From: Promethearchaeota archaeon
GTDB lineage: Archaea > Asgardarchaeota > Lokiarchaeia > Sigyniarchaeales > SOKP01
DNA: 64,000 nucleotides
Reading direction: 5' to 3'
Assembly: GCA_048938005.1 (NCBI GenBank)
Contig: JBHLMQ010000002.1
Location: 64,001-128,000, forward strand
Shown here in pieces: positions 7,357-16,757 of the stretch (positions are counted from its first letter, which is position 1; each line of letters begins with the position of its first letter). A program made the translations under genes and the position numbers. Under the pieces are notes generated by a model that searched no databases, was not told the DNA's origin, and saw only the letters and a program-made list of their open reading frames with translations.

Positions 7357-10044
7357 TTAGAGCTTAATTTCGTTATCGCATGACCAACATTTATCACCTT
7401 TTTCTTTTAAGATGATAGCGCATTTCATGCAATAACGTGTATTACAGTGAGGGCATAAATATATAAAACCGTCGATTTCTCCTCTGTGCACTATACAAAC
7501 ATATTTTTCCTTTTCGACAGCAACTTCCCCTTCTGTTTTTCGCAATTCTTCCAATTCCTCACGGCTTAATACATGTTCAGAAGAAATTATAGGTTTAGGC
7601 TTTTTAAGCTTTTTTGTGGGTAAAAGTGATAATTTTGTTTCGCCTTCAGGAATAACTCTTTTTCTAGATATTTTACGATGTCTTATTATCATCCCTGTTC
7701 CAAATATTCCTGCAATAGCAATTGTAATTAATATAATTGTTATTAAAAGTGGAAATGGTTCATCAGGTTTATCTATCCATAAAAAAATTTCAATTTTATC
7801 AGTTCCTGTTACTATTATATCATTTTGCCCGTCATTGTTTACATCTCCAACCCAAATGGACCCCCCTCTCCAATCCGTTTCTATTATATCCACATCCCAA
7901 TTCCCGGAAATTTTATTCCAGCTTAACATTGAGATACATCCACGTTTTCTGAATACTAAATCGTTTTGTCCATCATTGTTTGCATCTTCTATAAAAAAAC
8001 TGCCCCCAGGGTCATCACTCCCAGATGGCCTTTGCCATTTTTGTGGAACCCAATTCCTAGAAGTAATATTCCAAAATAGGGTGTAAATAAACGGCCCAGT
8101 TGGATCACTAATTGAGGTAACAATATGATTTTGACCATCATTGTTAATATCTCCTATAAAAATATCTATAGGTATATCTGTAGGTGCCAAACCTAAATTT
8201 TTAGTAATTGTTGGATTCCAATCCTTAGAAGTTACGTTCCAGCAAAGTATTGAAATGCTTTGATCATTTTCATTTGCTGTTACGATCTCATTTTGCCCAT
8301 CATTGTTTGCATCTCCTATAAAAATGTCTGCCAAAGTTGGGGTGTATCCAACATTCTTAGTGATCGTTTTATCCCAATTATTGGAAGTAGTGTTCCAACA
8401 AAGTATAGAGACAATACTACTATTACCTCCAAGAGCTGAACTTACGATATCATTTTGCCCATCATTATTTGCATCCCCCACAAATACATCATATGCTCCG
8501 ACTTGTTTCTTGATTCTTTTATCCCAATCGTTGGAAGAAGTGTTCCAGCATAGTATTGAAATCACGCCTCCATTTGCTACTACAATATCATTTTGCCCAT
8601 CGTTGTTCGCATCTCCCACAAAAACCCTTTGAGGCCAAAGTTCTACCTTTTTTGTGATTTCGGTCCAATTATTAGTTGTGATATTCCAGCAAAATATTTC
8701 AATATAATCGATAGAGGACATAGATTCATAAGGCGCATGTATAATATCATTTTGTCCATCATTGTTAGCATCTCCAATGCAAATGCTACGAGCGTTAAGA
8801 CTATCTATCGTCTGTAGACGACCAAAATGACCAGAAATTTGTTTCCAGCAAATTATTGAGACAGAATTATCTTGAAAATTTGCAGTTACTATGTCATTTT
8901 CCCCGTCATTGTTTACATCTCCTATAAAAACACTTGCATCGCCATCTATCTGCTCCCCAAAATCTCCAACATCCTTAATTATTTCTGTATCCCAATCGTC
9001 AGTAACTACATTCCAGCACAGTATTGAGACTGTATCATCCAAGTAATTTGCAGTAACGATGTCATTTTCCCCATCAATATTTACATCGCCTATAAAAACA
9101 CTCAGGGGGCGCCTACCTACAGATAATTGAATTTCTGCATCCCAATCGTCAGAAATCACATTCCAGCACAGTATTGAGACAGTATTGCCATTACTATTTG
9201 AGGTTACGATGTCATTTTCCCCATCATTATTTGCATCTCCTATAAAAACGCATTTCGGAGCTGATCCGACACTTTTAGAAATTTCTGCATCCCAATCGTC
9301 AGTAGTTACATTCCAGCATAGTATTGAAACTTTATTGCCAAAACCACATGTTATTATGTCATTTTCCCCATCGTTATTTGCATCTCCTATAAAAACACAG
9401 GCTGGGCTATCTCCGACATCTTTAGTAATTTCTGCATCCCAATCGTCAGTATTTACGTTCCAGCATAGTATTGAGACATTATTATCATTATAATTTGCAG
9501 TAATAATATCATTTTCCCCGTCATTGTTTGCATCCGCTACAAAAACACAATCCGGCTCTGATCCGACATTTTTAGTGATTTCTACATCCCAATCTTTTAA
9601 AGTTATGTTCCAGCAAAGTATAGAAATCGTATCATTTAAAAAATTAGCAGTTACGATGTCATTTTGCCCGTCATTGTTAGCATCTCCTATAAAAACGCTA
9701 GTAGGTCGATTTCCAACATTTTTGGTAATTTCTGCATCCCAACCGTTTAAAATTACGTTCCAGCACAGTATTGAGACATTATTATCGTAATAATTTGCAG
9801 TTATAATGTCATTTTGCCCGTCATTGTTTGCATCTCCTATAAAGACACAGCTTGGGGCCCATCCGACATTTTTGGTAATTTCTGCACCCCAATTACCTGA
9901 CGATACTTTAGGTGAGGAGTTTATGGAAGTTGAATTATATGTAGATGGGCCTATCTGAGGTCTATTTTCAGTTAAATTCACGAAGTTAAACTTTAGGATA
10001 AATAAGAAAATCAATATAAACGAAAAGAAGTTCCTCTTCCTCAT
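7357..10044 (-). CDS. Type I membrane protein with 14 FG-GAP/VCBS repeats, a TM helix and a cytoplasmic RING-like zinc finger (paralog A)
   Basis: Signal peptide MRKRNFFSFILIFLFIL (ATG 10044 preferred over the track start at 10062). 14 copies of (G)D(A/V)NNDG(Q/E)ND. TM PLLITIILITIAIAGIFGTGMII followed by RHRK. C-terminal CIVH-x10-CPHC-x4-CMKC-x10-CWSC. Confidence 0.88.
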   Translation of the reverse strand: MRKRNFFSFILIFLFILKFNFVNLTENRPQIGPSTYNSTSINSSPKVSSGNWGAEITKNVGWAPSCVFIGDANNDGQNDIITANYYDNNVSILCWNVILNGWDAEITKNVGNRPTSVFIGDANNDGQNDIVTANFLNDTISILCWNITLKDWDVEITKNVGSEPDCVFVADANNDGENDIITANYNDNNVSILCWNVNTDDWDAEITKDVGDSPACVFIGDANNDGENDIITCGFGNKVSILCWNVTTDDWDAEISKSVGSAPKCVFIGDANNDGENDIVTSNSNGNTVSILCWNVISDDWDAEIQLSVGRRPLSVFIGDVNIDGENDIVTANYLDDTVSILCWNVVTDDWDTEIIKDVGDFGEQIDGDASVFIGDVNNDGENDIVTANFQDNSVSIICWKQISGHFGRLQTIDSLNARSICIGDANNDGQNDIIHAPYESMSSIDYIEIFCWNITTNNWTEITKKVELWPQRVFVGDANNDGQNDIVVANGGVISILCWNTSSNDWDKRIKKQVGAYDVFVGDANNDGQNDIVSSALGGNSSIVSILCWNTTSNNWDKTITKNVGYTPTLADIFIGDANNDGQNEIVTANENDQSISILCWNVTSKDWNPTITKNLGLAPTDIPIDIFIGDINNDGQNHIVTSISDPTGPFIYTLFWNITSRNWVPQKWQRPSGSDDPGGSFFIEDANNDGQNDLVFRKRGCISMLSWNKISGNWDVDIIETDWRGGSIWVGDVNNDGQNDIIVTGTDKIEIFLWIDKPDEPFPLLITIILITIAIAGIFGTGMIIRHRKISRKRVIPEGETKLSLLPTKKLKKPKPIISSEHVLSREELEELRKTEGEVAVEKEKYVCIVHRGEIDGFIYLCPHCNTRYCMKCAIILKEKGDKCWSCDNEIKL

Positions 10045-10186
10045 ATTTAATCGCCCTAACAAATATTCTTACTGTTTTTCAAATTCAATTTTTTTAAAAT
10101 AATTCTTCTTTTACTTCTATATTTCTCCTTTATGATCAATATATTTTTTGGATTGAAGCACTTGCTAAAGGACTAAATACTTTATT

Positions 10187-10239
10187 GATTAATCTCTATA
10201 AGATGTTATAAAATAAAATCATATTTAACAATATTGTAC
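10187..10239. promoter_or_regulatory. Conserved upstream block of paralog A with two short palindromes (candidate promoter/operator)
   Basis: GATTAATC (10187-10194) and ACAATATTGT (10228-10237) are both perfectly kept in the second copy (13141-13148 and 13182-13191) while flanking bases differ. Confidence 0.35.
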
Positions 10240-10327
10240 ATAAAGAATATAAATATCGTAAAGAATGAAAATAAAAAAATTTAGATGAATAAAAAAAGTG
10301 ATAAAAAGCAATTATCGAAATTGATTC

Positions 10328-12997
10328 TTAGAGCTTAATTTCGTTATCACATACCCAACATTTATCACCTTTTTCTTTTAAGATGATAGCGCATTTCATG
10401 CAATAACGTGTATTACAGTGAGGGCATAAATATATAAAACCGTCAATTTCTCCCCTGTGTACTATACAGACATATTTTTCAGTTTCTACAGCAACTTCTC
10501 CTTCTATTTTTTCCAATTCTTCCAATTCCTCAGGGCTTAGTATGTGCTCAGAAGAAACTGTACTCAGAGGCTTTTTAAGCTTTTTTGTTGGTAAGAGTGG
10601 TAATTTTGTTTCGCCCTCAGGAATGGCTCTTTTTTTAGATATTTTGCGATGTCTTATTATCATACCTGTCCCAAATATTCCTGTAATGGCAATTGATATT
10701 AATATTATTGTCACTAAAAATGGAAATGATTCATCAGGATTATCTAACCATAAAAAGACTGAAATATATTCACCAGAAGATGATTCATGTGCTACTACTA
10801 TATCATTTTGCCCATCATTATTTACATCTCCCACAGAAACGTCAAAAGGACGAACCTCAACTGTTTTTCTTGTATCGATATTCCAGTCCTTGGAAATTAT
10901 ATTCCAGCTTAATATTGATATGGTAGGACCCATCCGATTTGCATTTACTACTTCATTTTGCCCATCATTATCTGTATCTCCAATAAAGACACACCTAGGG
11001 TTATCATTTTTTCTGAATTGCCATTTTTGTGTATACCAATTCCTAGAAGTAACATTCCAACATAGTATATAAATAGAACCAAATATATCATCACTTGAGA
11101 CAACAATATCATTTTGCCCATCATTGTTCGCATCTCCAATAAAAATATCAAAAGGTGCCACATTTAAATTTTTAGTAATTGGTGGATTCCAATCCTTAGA
11201 AGTCATATTCCAAACTAGTATTGAGATGCTTTTATTATCGTGATTTGCTGTTACGATCTCATTTTGCCCGTCATTATTAGCATCTCCTATAAAAAGAGTA
11301 TATGGGTTATCTCCAACATTCTTAGTGATTTTTTTATCCCAATTATTGGTAGTAGTGTTCCAACAAAGTATATCGACGGTGTTAGACGTTAAAGTTACAC
11401 CTACAATATCATTTTGCCCATCATTATTTGCATCCCCCACAAATACACTATATGCACTGATTTCTTTAGTGATTCTTTTATCCCAATCGATGGAAGAAAT
11501 GTTCCAACAAAGTATTGAAGTGAAGGCTCCATTTCCTGCTACAATATCATTTTGCCCATCATTGTTTGCATCTCCCACAAAAACGTCTGTAGGCATTGGT
11601 CCTACCCCTTTTGAGATTTGGGGATTCCAATTATCAGATGTAGCATTCCAGCAAAAGATTCCAATGTAATTAAGTACAGTAGTTATGCTGTAAGGTGAAA
11701 ATAAAATATCATTTTGTCCATCATTGTTAGCATCTCCAATGCAAATTCTATTCGAACCAATTCCATTTTCTATCATCTGCAGAGCCAAATGTCCAGAAAT
11801 TTGATTCCAACATAATATTGAAACAGAATTATCATCTTCATTTGATGTCACAATATCATTTTCCCCATCATTATTTGCATCTCCTATAAAAACACAGTTT
11901 GGGGCTGTTCCGACATTTTTAGTGATTTCTGCATCCCAGTTGTTAGCACTTACATTCCAACAGAGGAGTGAGAGTGTATCATCCCAATAATTTGCTGTCA
12001 AGATGTCATTTTCCCCATCATTATTTGCATCTCCTATAAAAACACTCATGGGATGTACACCTACGAATATTGGAATTTCTGCATCCCAATCGTCAGAACT
12101 TATATTCCAACACAGTATTGAGATAGTATTGCCGTCCCTATTTGAGGTTACGATATCATTTTCGCCATCGTTATTTGCATCTCCTATAAAAACGCAACTC
12201 GGAACTGATCCGACACTTTTAGTGATTTCTGTATCCCAATTGTCAGTAATTACATTCCAACATAATATTGAGACTTTATTGCTAAAACTATTTGTTATAA
12301 TATCGTTTTCCCCATCATTATTAGCATCTCCTATAAAAACACAGCTTGGGGCTGCTCCGACATTTTTGGTAATTTCTGCATTCCAATAGGAAGGAGGATC
12401 AGAAGTTACATTCCCACAGAGGAGTGAGATTGTATTATCCAAGTAATTTGCAATTACGATGTCATTTTGCCCGTCGTTGTTAGCATCTCCTATAAAAACG
12501 CTAGTAGGTTGATTTCCCACGTTTTTAGTAATTTCAGCATCCCAATCGTTGGAAGAAGTGTTCCAACAAAATACTGAAATGGTATCATCTAAAGAATTGG
12601 TAGTTATGATGTCATTTTGCCCGTCATTGTTAGCATCTCCTATAAAAACGCTAGTAGGTTGATTTCCAACGTTTTTAGTGATTTCTGCATCCCAAACCTT
12701 TAAAAATACATTCCAGTAAAGTATTGAGACAGTATTATCTACATAATTTGCAGTTACGATGTCATTTTGCCCGTCATTGTTAGCATCTCCTATAAAAACG
12801 CTAGTAGGTTGAATTCCAACGTTTTTAGTGATTTCTGCATCCCAAACTCCTGACGATGCTTTAGGCGAGGAGTTTATAGAAGTAGAGCTATATGTAGATG
12901 TGCCTATTTGAGGTCCATAATTAGTTAAATTCACGAAATTAAAATTTATTATAAATAAGAAAATCAATATAAATGAAAAAAAATTTTTTTTCCACAT
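10328..12997 (-). CDS. Type I membrane protein with 14 FG-GAP/VCBS repeats, a TM helix and a cytoplasmic RING-like zinc finger (paralog B)
   Basis: Same architecture as paralog A. The zinc-finger domain is identical except CWVC versus CWSC. Confidence 0.88.
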   Translation of the reverse strand: MWKKNFFSFILIFLFIINFNFVNLTNYGPQIGTSTYSSTSINSSPKASSGVWDAEITKNVGIQPTSVFIGDANNDGQNDIVTANYVDNTVSILYWNVFLKVWDAEITKNVGNQPTSVFIGDANNDGQNDIITTNSLDDTISVFCWNTSSNDWDAEITKNVGNQPTSVFIGDANNDGQNDIVIANYLDNTISLLCGNVTSDPPSYWNAEITKNVGAAPSCVFIGDANNDGENDIITNSFSNKVSILCWNVITDNWDTEITKSVGSVPSCVFIGDANNDGENDIVTSNRDGNTISILCWNISSDDWDAEIPIFVGVHPMSVFIGDANNDGENDILTANYWDDTLSLLCWNVSANNWDAEITKNVGTAPNCVFIGDANNDGENDIVTSNEDDNSVSILCWNQISGHLALQMIENGIGSNRICIGDANNDGQNDILFSPYSITTVLNYIGIFCWNATSDNWNPQISKGVGPMPTDVFVGDANNDGQNDIVAGNGAFTSILCWNISSIDWDKRITKEISAYSVFVGDANNDGQNDIVGVTLTSNTVDILCWNTTTNNWDKKITKNVGDNPYTLFIGDANNDGQNEIVTANHDNKSISILVWNMTSKDWNPPITKNLNVAPFDIFIGDANNDGQNDIVVSSDDIFGSIYILCWNVTSRNWYTQKWQFRKNDNPRCVFIGDTDNDGQNEVVNANRMGPTISILSWNIISKDWNIDTRKTVEVRPFDVSVGDVNNDGQNDIVVAHESSSGEYISVFLWLDNPDESFPFLVTIILISIAITGIFGTGMIIRHRKISKKRAIPEGETKLPLLPTKKLKKPLSTVSSEHILSPEELEELEKIEGEVAVETEKYVCIVHRGEIDGFIYLCPHCNTRYCMKCAIILKEKGDKCWVCDNEIKL
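12461..12810. repeat. Intragenic 150-bp-period repeats encoding FG-GAP blades
   Basis: gtcattttgcccgtc(a/g)ttgttagcatctcctataaaaacgctagtaggtt recurs at 12461, 12611 and 12761, and almost identically at ~9658. Confidence 0.9.
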
Positions 12998-13277
12998 ATT
13001 TAATCTTCCTAATATTTAAACTCAATATTTTTCAAATTCAATTTTTTAAGAATGATTTTTCTTTTAGTTTTATATTTCTTCCTTTAGGATCAAAATAATT
13101 TTTGGATTGAAACACTCCCTTAAGTACTAAATACTTGCTCGATTAATCTCTATAAGATATTATAAAGCAAAATAATATTTAACAATATTGTACGAAAAAA
13201 ATTATAAATATTGTAAATTATGAAAATAAAAAAGTTAATATGAATTATAAGCGAAGAGACTAATTCTATACAAGTTT

Positions 13278-13511
13278 TCATAGAGGAACAACGATATGAG
13301 TTTCGGTTCTATCGACACCTTCTATACTATGGATTTTTGCAAGGATTGTTTTAGCAATTGTTTCGACATCCTTTCCTTCCACTTTAACAATTATATCAAT
13401 ACCACCAGTTACAGGATGAGTTTCTTTTACCTCAGGAATTTTGTTCAATTTTCTGACAACGCTTTCCACAAATCCTGCCTTAGTTTGCATTAAAACGAAA
13501 CATAACGTCAT
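13278..13511 (-). CDS. Stand-alone Lrp/AsnC ligand-binding (RAM) domain protein
   Basis: 77 aa from ATG 13511. Pattern CFVLM...PEVKETHPVTGGIDIIVKV...IHSIEGVDRTETHIV. No HTH. Confidence 0.88.
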   Translation of the reverse strand: MTLCFVLMQTKAGFVESVVRKLNKIPEVKETHPVTGGIDIIVKVEGKDVETIAKTILAKIHSIEGVDRTETHIVVPL

Positions 13512-13777
13512 TTTTATAAAACTTCTCAATTTTTTTTATTAATTACTTATAGATAGTATCAAGGAAATTTAAAAATCTTTCAGTTTAATTTATTCTCGAT
13601 TTTTGTAAATAAGGGGATTTAAATTACAAAGAAGGGATTTAATTTAATTTGTTTTATTTTATAAGGTAATTGAATATCTTTTTTATATCTAAATGAATCT
13701 TTTTAAAGAATAGAAAAATAAAAATATATAAGGAAATCCCATTTAAATTTTTATTATTAGTCAAGGTAGAACCCAAT

Positions 13778-14728
13778 ATGATATTTACTTTTGAGAATAT
13801 TGTAAAAGGAATAATCTTTGGGGGAAACTTACTAAAGACGAAAATCAAAAAAATTCCTTTAGCAGTAAACTATGATTTAACCTGGCAGTGTAATTTAAGG
13901 TGTGAACATTGTTATTTTTATTCTTCAGCTGAAGAGATAAATGATGGTTCTGATTTAAATCAAAGAGAATTATCTAATGAAGAATGGATTAATGTTTTTA
14001 ATTATCATAGGAATTTGGGAGTACGTAGTGTAGCTTTGACTGGTGGGGAACCAACACTAAGAATGGAACTTCTGTATGAAGCGGTTAAAATATTCCCTTC
14101 TGTACAAATCGCATCAAATGGAATCATAAAATTACCCCAATTTAAATCAAAAAAACAACCAATTTATTGGGTAAGTTTAGATGGAGGAGAGGAAACGCAT
14201 AACTTGATTAGGGGGGCAAATATATTTAATAAAGTAATTGAAAATATCAAGGATGACAAGCGGGTTTTGATCTCTACAACTATAACCAGTAGAAATTATA
14301 ATGAAATAAGTACTGTTGTTAAAATCGCTTATGATGCGGGAGTTGCTGGCATATTTTTCTTATTGTATACAGGATATTCTGGTGATCCCCTATTGGTTAA
14401 AGGAGAGGTTCTCAAAAAAACAACTAAGAATGTTTTAATGAATATGCGTGATTATGGTGATTTCATTTTAATGTCAAAAAAAATGTTTGAATTATATATA
14501 TCTAAAGAATTTGTTCCTCATTGTATATTTAAATCGGGCGGAGTAAAATCTTATTACCCAAATGGGAAAAGAAAATTTTGTGTAATGGGAAATTCTCCAA
14601 AATTATGTGCTAATTGCGGATGTATTGTACCAGTAGGTTCTTATGCGCTTTCTAAGCTTGATCCAGAAACAATTGATAAATTAAAGACATTTTTTTATGG
14701 TAATAATAAGCGTTCAATAAGGGCCTAA
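13778..14728 (+). CDS. Radical SAM protein
   Basis: CNLRCEHC, LTGGEP, SNG, VSLDG, and a C-terminal Cys cluster (C..FCVMG..CANCGC). Start uncertain. Confidence 0.9.
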   Translation: MIFTFENIVKGIIFGGNLLKTKIKKIPLAVNYDLTWQCNLRCEHCYFYSSAEEINDGSDLNQRELSNEEWINVFNYHRNLGVRSVALTGGEPTLRMELLYEAVKIFPSVQIASNGIIKLPQFKSKKQPIYWVSLDGGEETHNLIRGANIFNKVIENIKDDKRVLISTTITSRNYNEISTVVKIAYDAGVAGIFFLLYTGYSGDPLLVKGEVLKKTTKNVLMNMRDYGDFILMSKKMFELYISKEFVPHCIFKSGGVKSYYPNGKRKFCVMGNSPKLCANCGCIVPVGSYALSKLDPETIDKLKTFFYGNNKRSIRA

Positions 14729-14842
14729 ATCAATTTTTTTATTTTTAATTGAAATATTAATTTTTTAAGTAGTATTTCTGAATCTTCTTATTTAATCAAC
14801 AATGACTCTAGATGAATGAGTAAATTATAGGGATTAAAGATT

Positions 14843-15691
14843 ATGAGAGAAATAAAAAAAGTCTTAATAATTGGTGCTGGTTTCACAGGGAAACAAATAG
14901 CTGCCACAACAGCTCTATATGATTATAACGTAAATATCTGTGATATAAACTCTGAAATATTAGCAGAAGCAAAAAAGTACATCGATGGAGTATTAAAACG
15001 AAACAAAAAGCTTGAATTAATCAATAAGGTATCTTATTACAATGAGATTGAAGAAGCTGTTAATGATGTAGATCTGGTTATTGAAGCTGTACCAGAGAAT
15101 ATTGGCCTGAAAAAGAAGGTGTTTTCCCAAATCGATCAAATCGCACCTATGAAAACAATAATTGCGACAAATAGCTCCTCAATTCCCGTTTCTAAGATTG
15201 AAGATGCTGTAGGGAGGAAAGATAAAGTATTAAATATCCATTTTTATCCCCCCATTCCTAGACGACCGATGGCAGACGTTATGCGAGGTACTAAAACGAG
15301 TGATAAAACATTTGATATTGGCATAAAATGGATTAAAAGTATAGGATGTTATCCGATTATTCTGAAAAAGGAATGCCATGGTTTTGTTTTCAATAGAATG
15401 TGGCATGCAGCGAGAAGAGAAGCTCTTAAAATTTGGGTGGGAGGGTATGCCGATATTGAAACTATAGATTTAGCATGGAAAACTTTTACGGGTATGAAAA
15501 TGGGCCCTTTCGTATTAATGGATGCTATTGGCTTAGACACCGTTTATGCTGTTCAAATGAGTTATTTTCATGAAAGTGGTGATTTTAGAGATAAACCACC
15601 TGACGAACTTAAAGAAATGGTTGAAAAGGGAGATCTTGGAATGAAATCTGGTAAGGGGTTTTACACGTGGAAAAAACCAAAAAAAACATAA
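14843..15691 (+). CDS. 3-hydroxyacyl-CoA dehydrogenase family protein
   Basis: GAGFTG, VIEAVPEN..LKK, ATNSSS, GFVFNR, MGPFVLMDAIGLD and GMKSGKGFY. Confidence 0.92.
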   Translation: MREIKKVLIIGAGFTGKQIAATTALYDYNVNICDINSEILAEAKKYIDGVLKRNKKLELINKVSYYNEIEEAVNDVDLVIEAVPENIGLKKKVFSQIDQIAPMKTIIATNSSSIPVSKIEDAVGRKDKVLNIHFYPPIPRRPMADVMRGTKTSDKTFDIGIKWIKSIGCYPIILKKECHGFVFNRMWHAARREALKIWVGGYADIETIDLAWKTFTGMKMGPFVLMDAIGLDTVYAVQMSYFHESGDFRDKPPDELKEMVEKGDLGMKSGKGFYTWKKPKKT

Positions 15692-15801
15692 AATTAAGAT
15701 TATCCCTATTATTTCAAATTAATAGATTATAATATAATAAAGGTAATTTTAAAAATAATAATCAAGAAAAAGGATATATAAGATGAAGAGGTACGATTTT
15801 T

Positions 15802-16716
15802 ATGAAGCCAAATTTACTAACCGATGAAAAAGTAATTATAACTGCTGCGATTACGGGCGGTATTCAAGGAAAATGGGCAAATCCTGCAATACCTATAACT
15901 CCTGAAGAACAAGCTCAAGATGCATTGGAATGTTATGAAGCAGGAGCATCAATATTACATCTCCATGTTCGTGGTGAAGATGGGCAAAATACGCCAGACT
16001 TGAAATATTATAATAAAGCAGTTAAACTTATACGTGAAAAATGTCCAATTATCGTTCAAATTGGAAATGGTATTGGTGCACGTGTAGCATATGGAGTTAA
16101 AACTAGTAGTAAAGGACGGAAGTATGGTCAAGCTATAGTTATGCCGACTCTTAAAGAAAGATTGAATCTACTTAATATAGATCCACCCCCAGATATGCAT
16201 ACTATTAACGCAGGTACCTTTGAATTTCAAACTAAGTATGCTAACCATACTTTTAACAATCCAATCTCTTTTAATAAAAAATATGTTGAAGGTTGTAACA
16301 AAAAAGGCTTTGGTATTGAGATTGAAGTATATGATACAGGTCATATTGCTAATATTGAGACATTAGTTTCAACGTTCAAGGTGCTAAAACCTCCATTACA
16401 TTTCAGTATTGTTTTAGGGATTGGTGGTGGCGCACCAGCAACTGTTAGAAATTTAATAAACATGGTTGATTTACTACCTGAAGGTTCTACTTGGCAAGTA
16501 GTTACAGTTGGTAAATTAAATCTTCGAATAACTACAATTGCTCTCTGCATGGGGGGAAATATAAGAACAGGACTAGAAGATATTCTCTATTATCGAAAAG
16601 GAGAGATGGTAGAAAATAATGCTCAATTAGTAAAGAGAATGGTTAGATTAGCTAAAGAACTTGGAAGAGAACCTGCTAGTATAGATGAAGCGAGAAATAA
16701 ATTAGGACTAAAATAA
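15802..16716 (+). CDS. Beta-keto acid cleavage enzyme (BKACE/Kce, DUF849)
   Basis: KVIITAAITG, PITPEE, AGASILHLHVR, EIEVYDTGH and GGNIRTGLED..NAQLV. Confidence 0.93.
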   Translation: MKPNLLTDEKVIITAAITGGIQGKWANPAIPITPEEQAQDALECYEAGASILHLHVRGEDGQNTPDLKYYNKAVKLIREKCPIIVQIGNGIGARVAYGVKTSSKGRKYGQAIVMPTLKERLNLLNIDPPPDMHTINAGTFEFQTKYANHTFNNPISFNKKYVEGCNKKGFGIEIEVYDTGHIANIETLVSTFKVLKPPLHFSIVLGIGGGAPATVRNLINMVDLLPEGSTWQVVTVGKLNLRITTIALCMGGNIRTGLEDILYYRKGEMVENNAQLVKRMVRLAKELGREPASIDEARNKLGLK

Positions 16717-16757
16717 AAATTAAGTACAAATCTTCAAAAAAAAAAATAAAAAATAGA

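Larger units (their letters stand above)
7322..13232. repeat. Direct tandem duplication of a ~2.97 kb unit (gene plus upstream and downstream intergenic DNA)
   Basis: About 7322-10280 matches about 10293-13232. The stop-proximal atcgaaattgattcttagagcttaatttcgttatc occurs in both copies (offset 2971). The upstream regions 10080-10280 and 13033-13232 are alignable. Confidence 0.9.

Noticed and set aside
7616-12389. Several plus-strand ORFs with repeated SFCPSLFASP motifs
   Set aside because: They are antisense shadows of the FG-GAP repeats (reverse complement of GDANNDGQND).
7760-12850. Regularly spaced DNA repeats resembling a CRISPR array or a diversity-generating retroelement
   Set aside because: The period is ~150 bp, in frame, and encodes FG-GAP blades. 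There are no unique spacers, cas genes or reverse transcriptase, and no evident adenine-specific template/variable pair.
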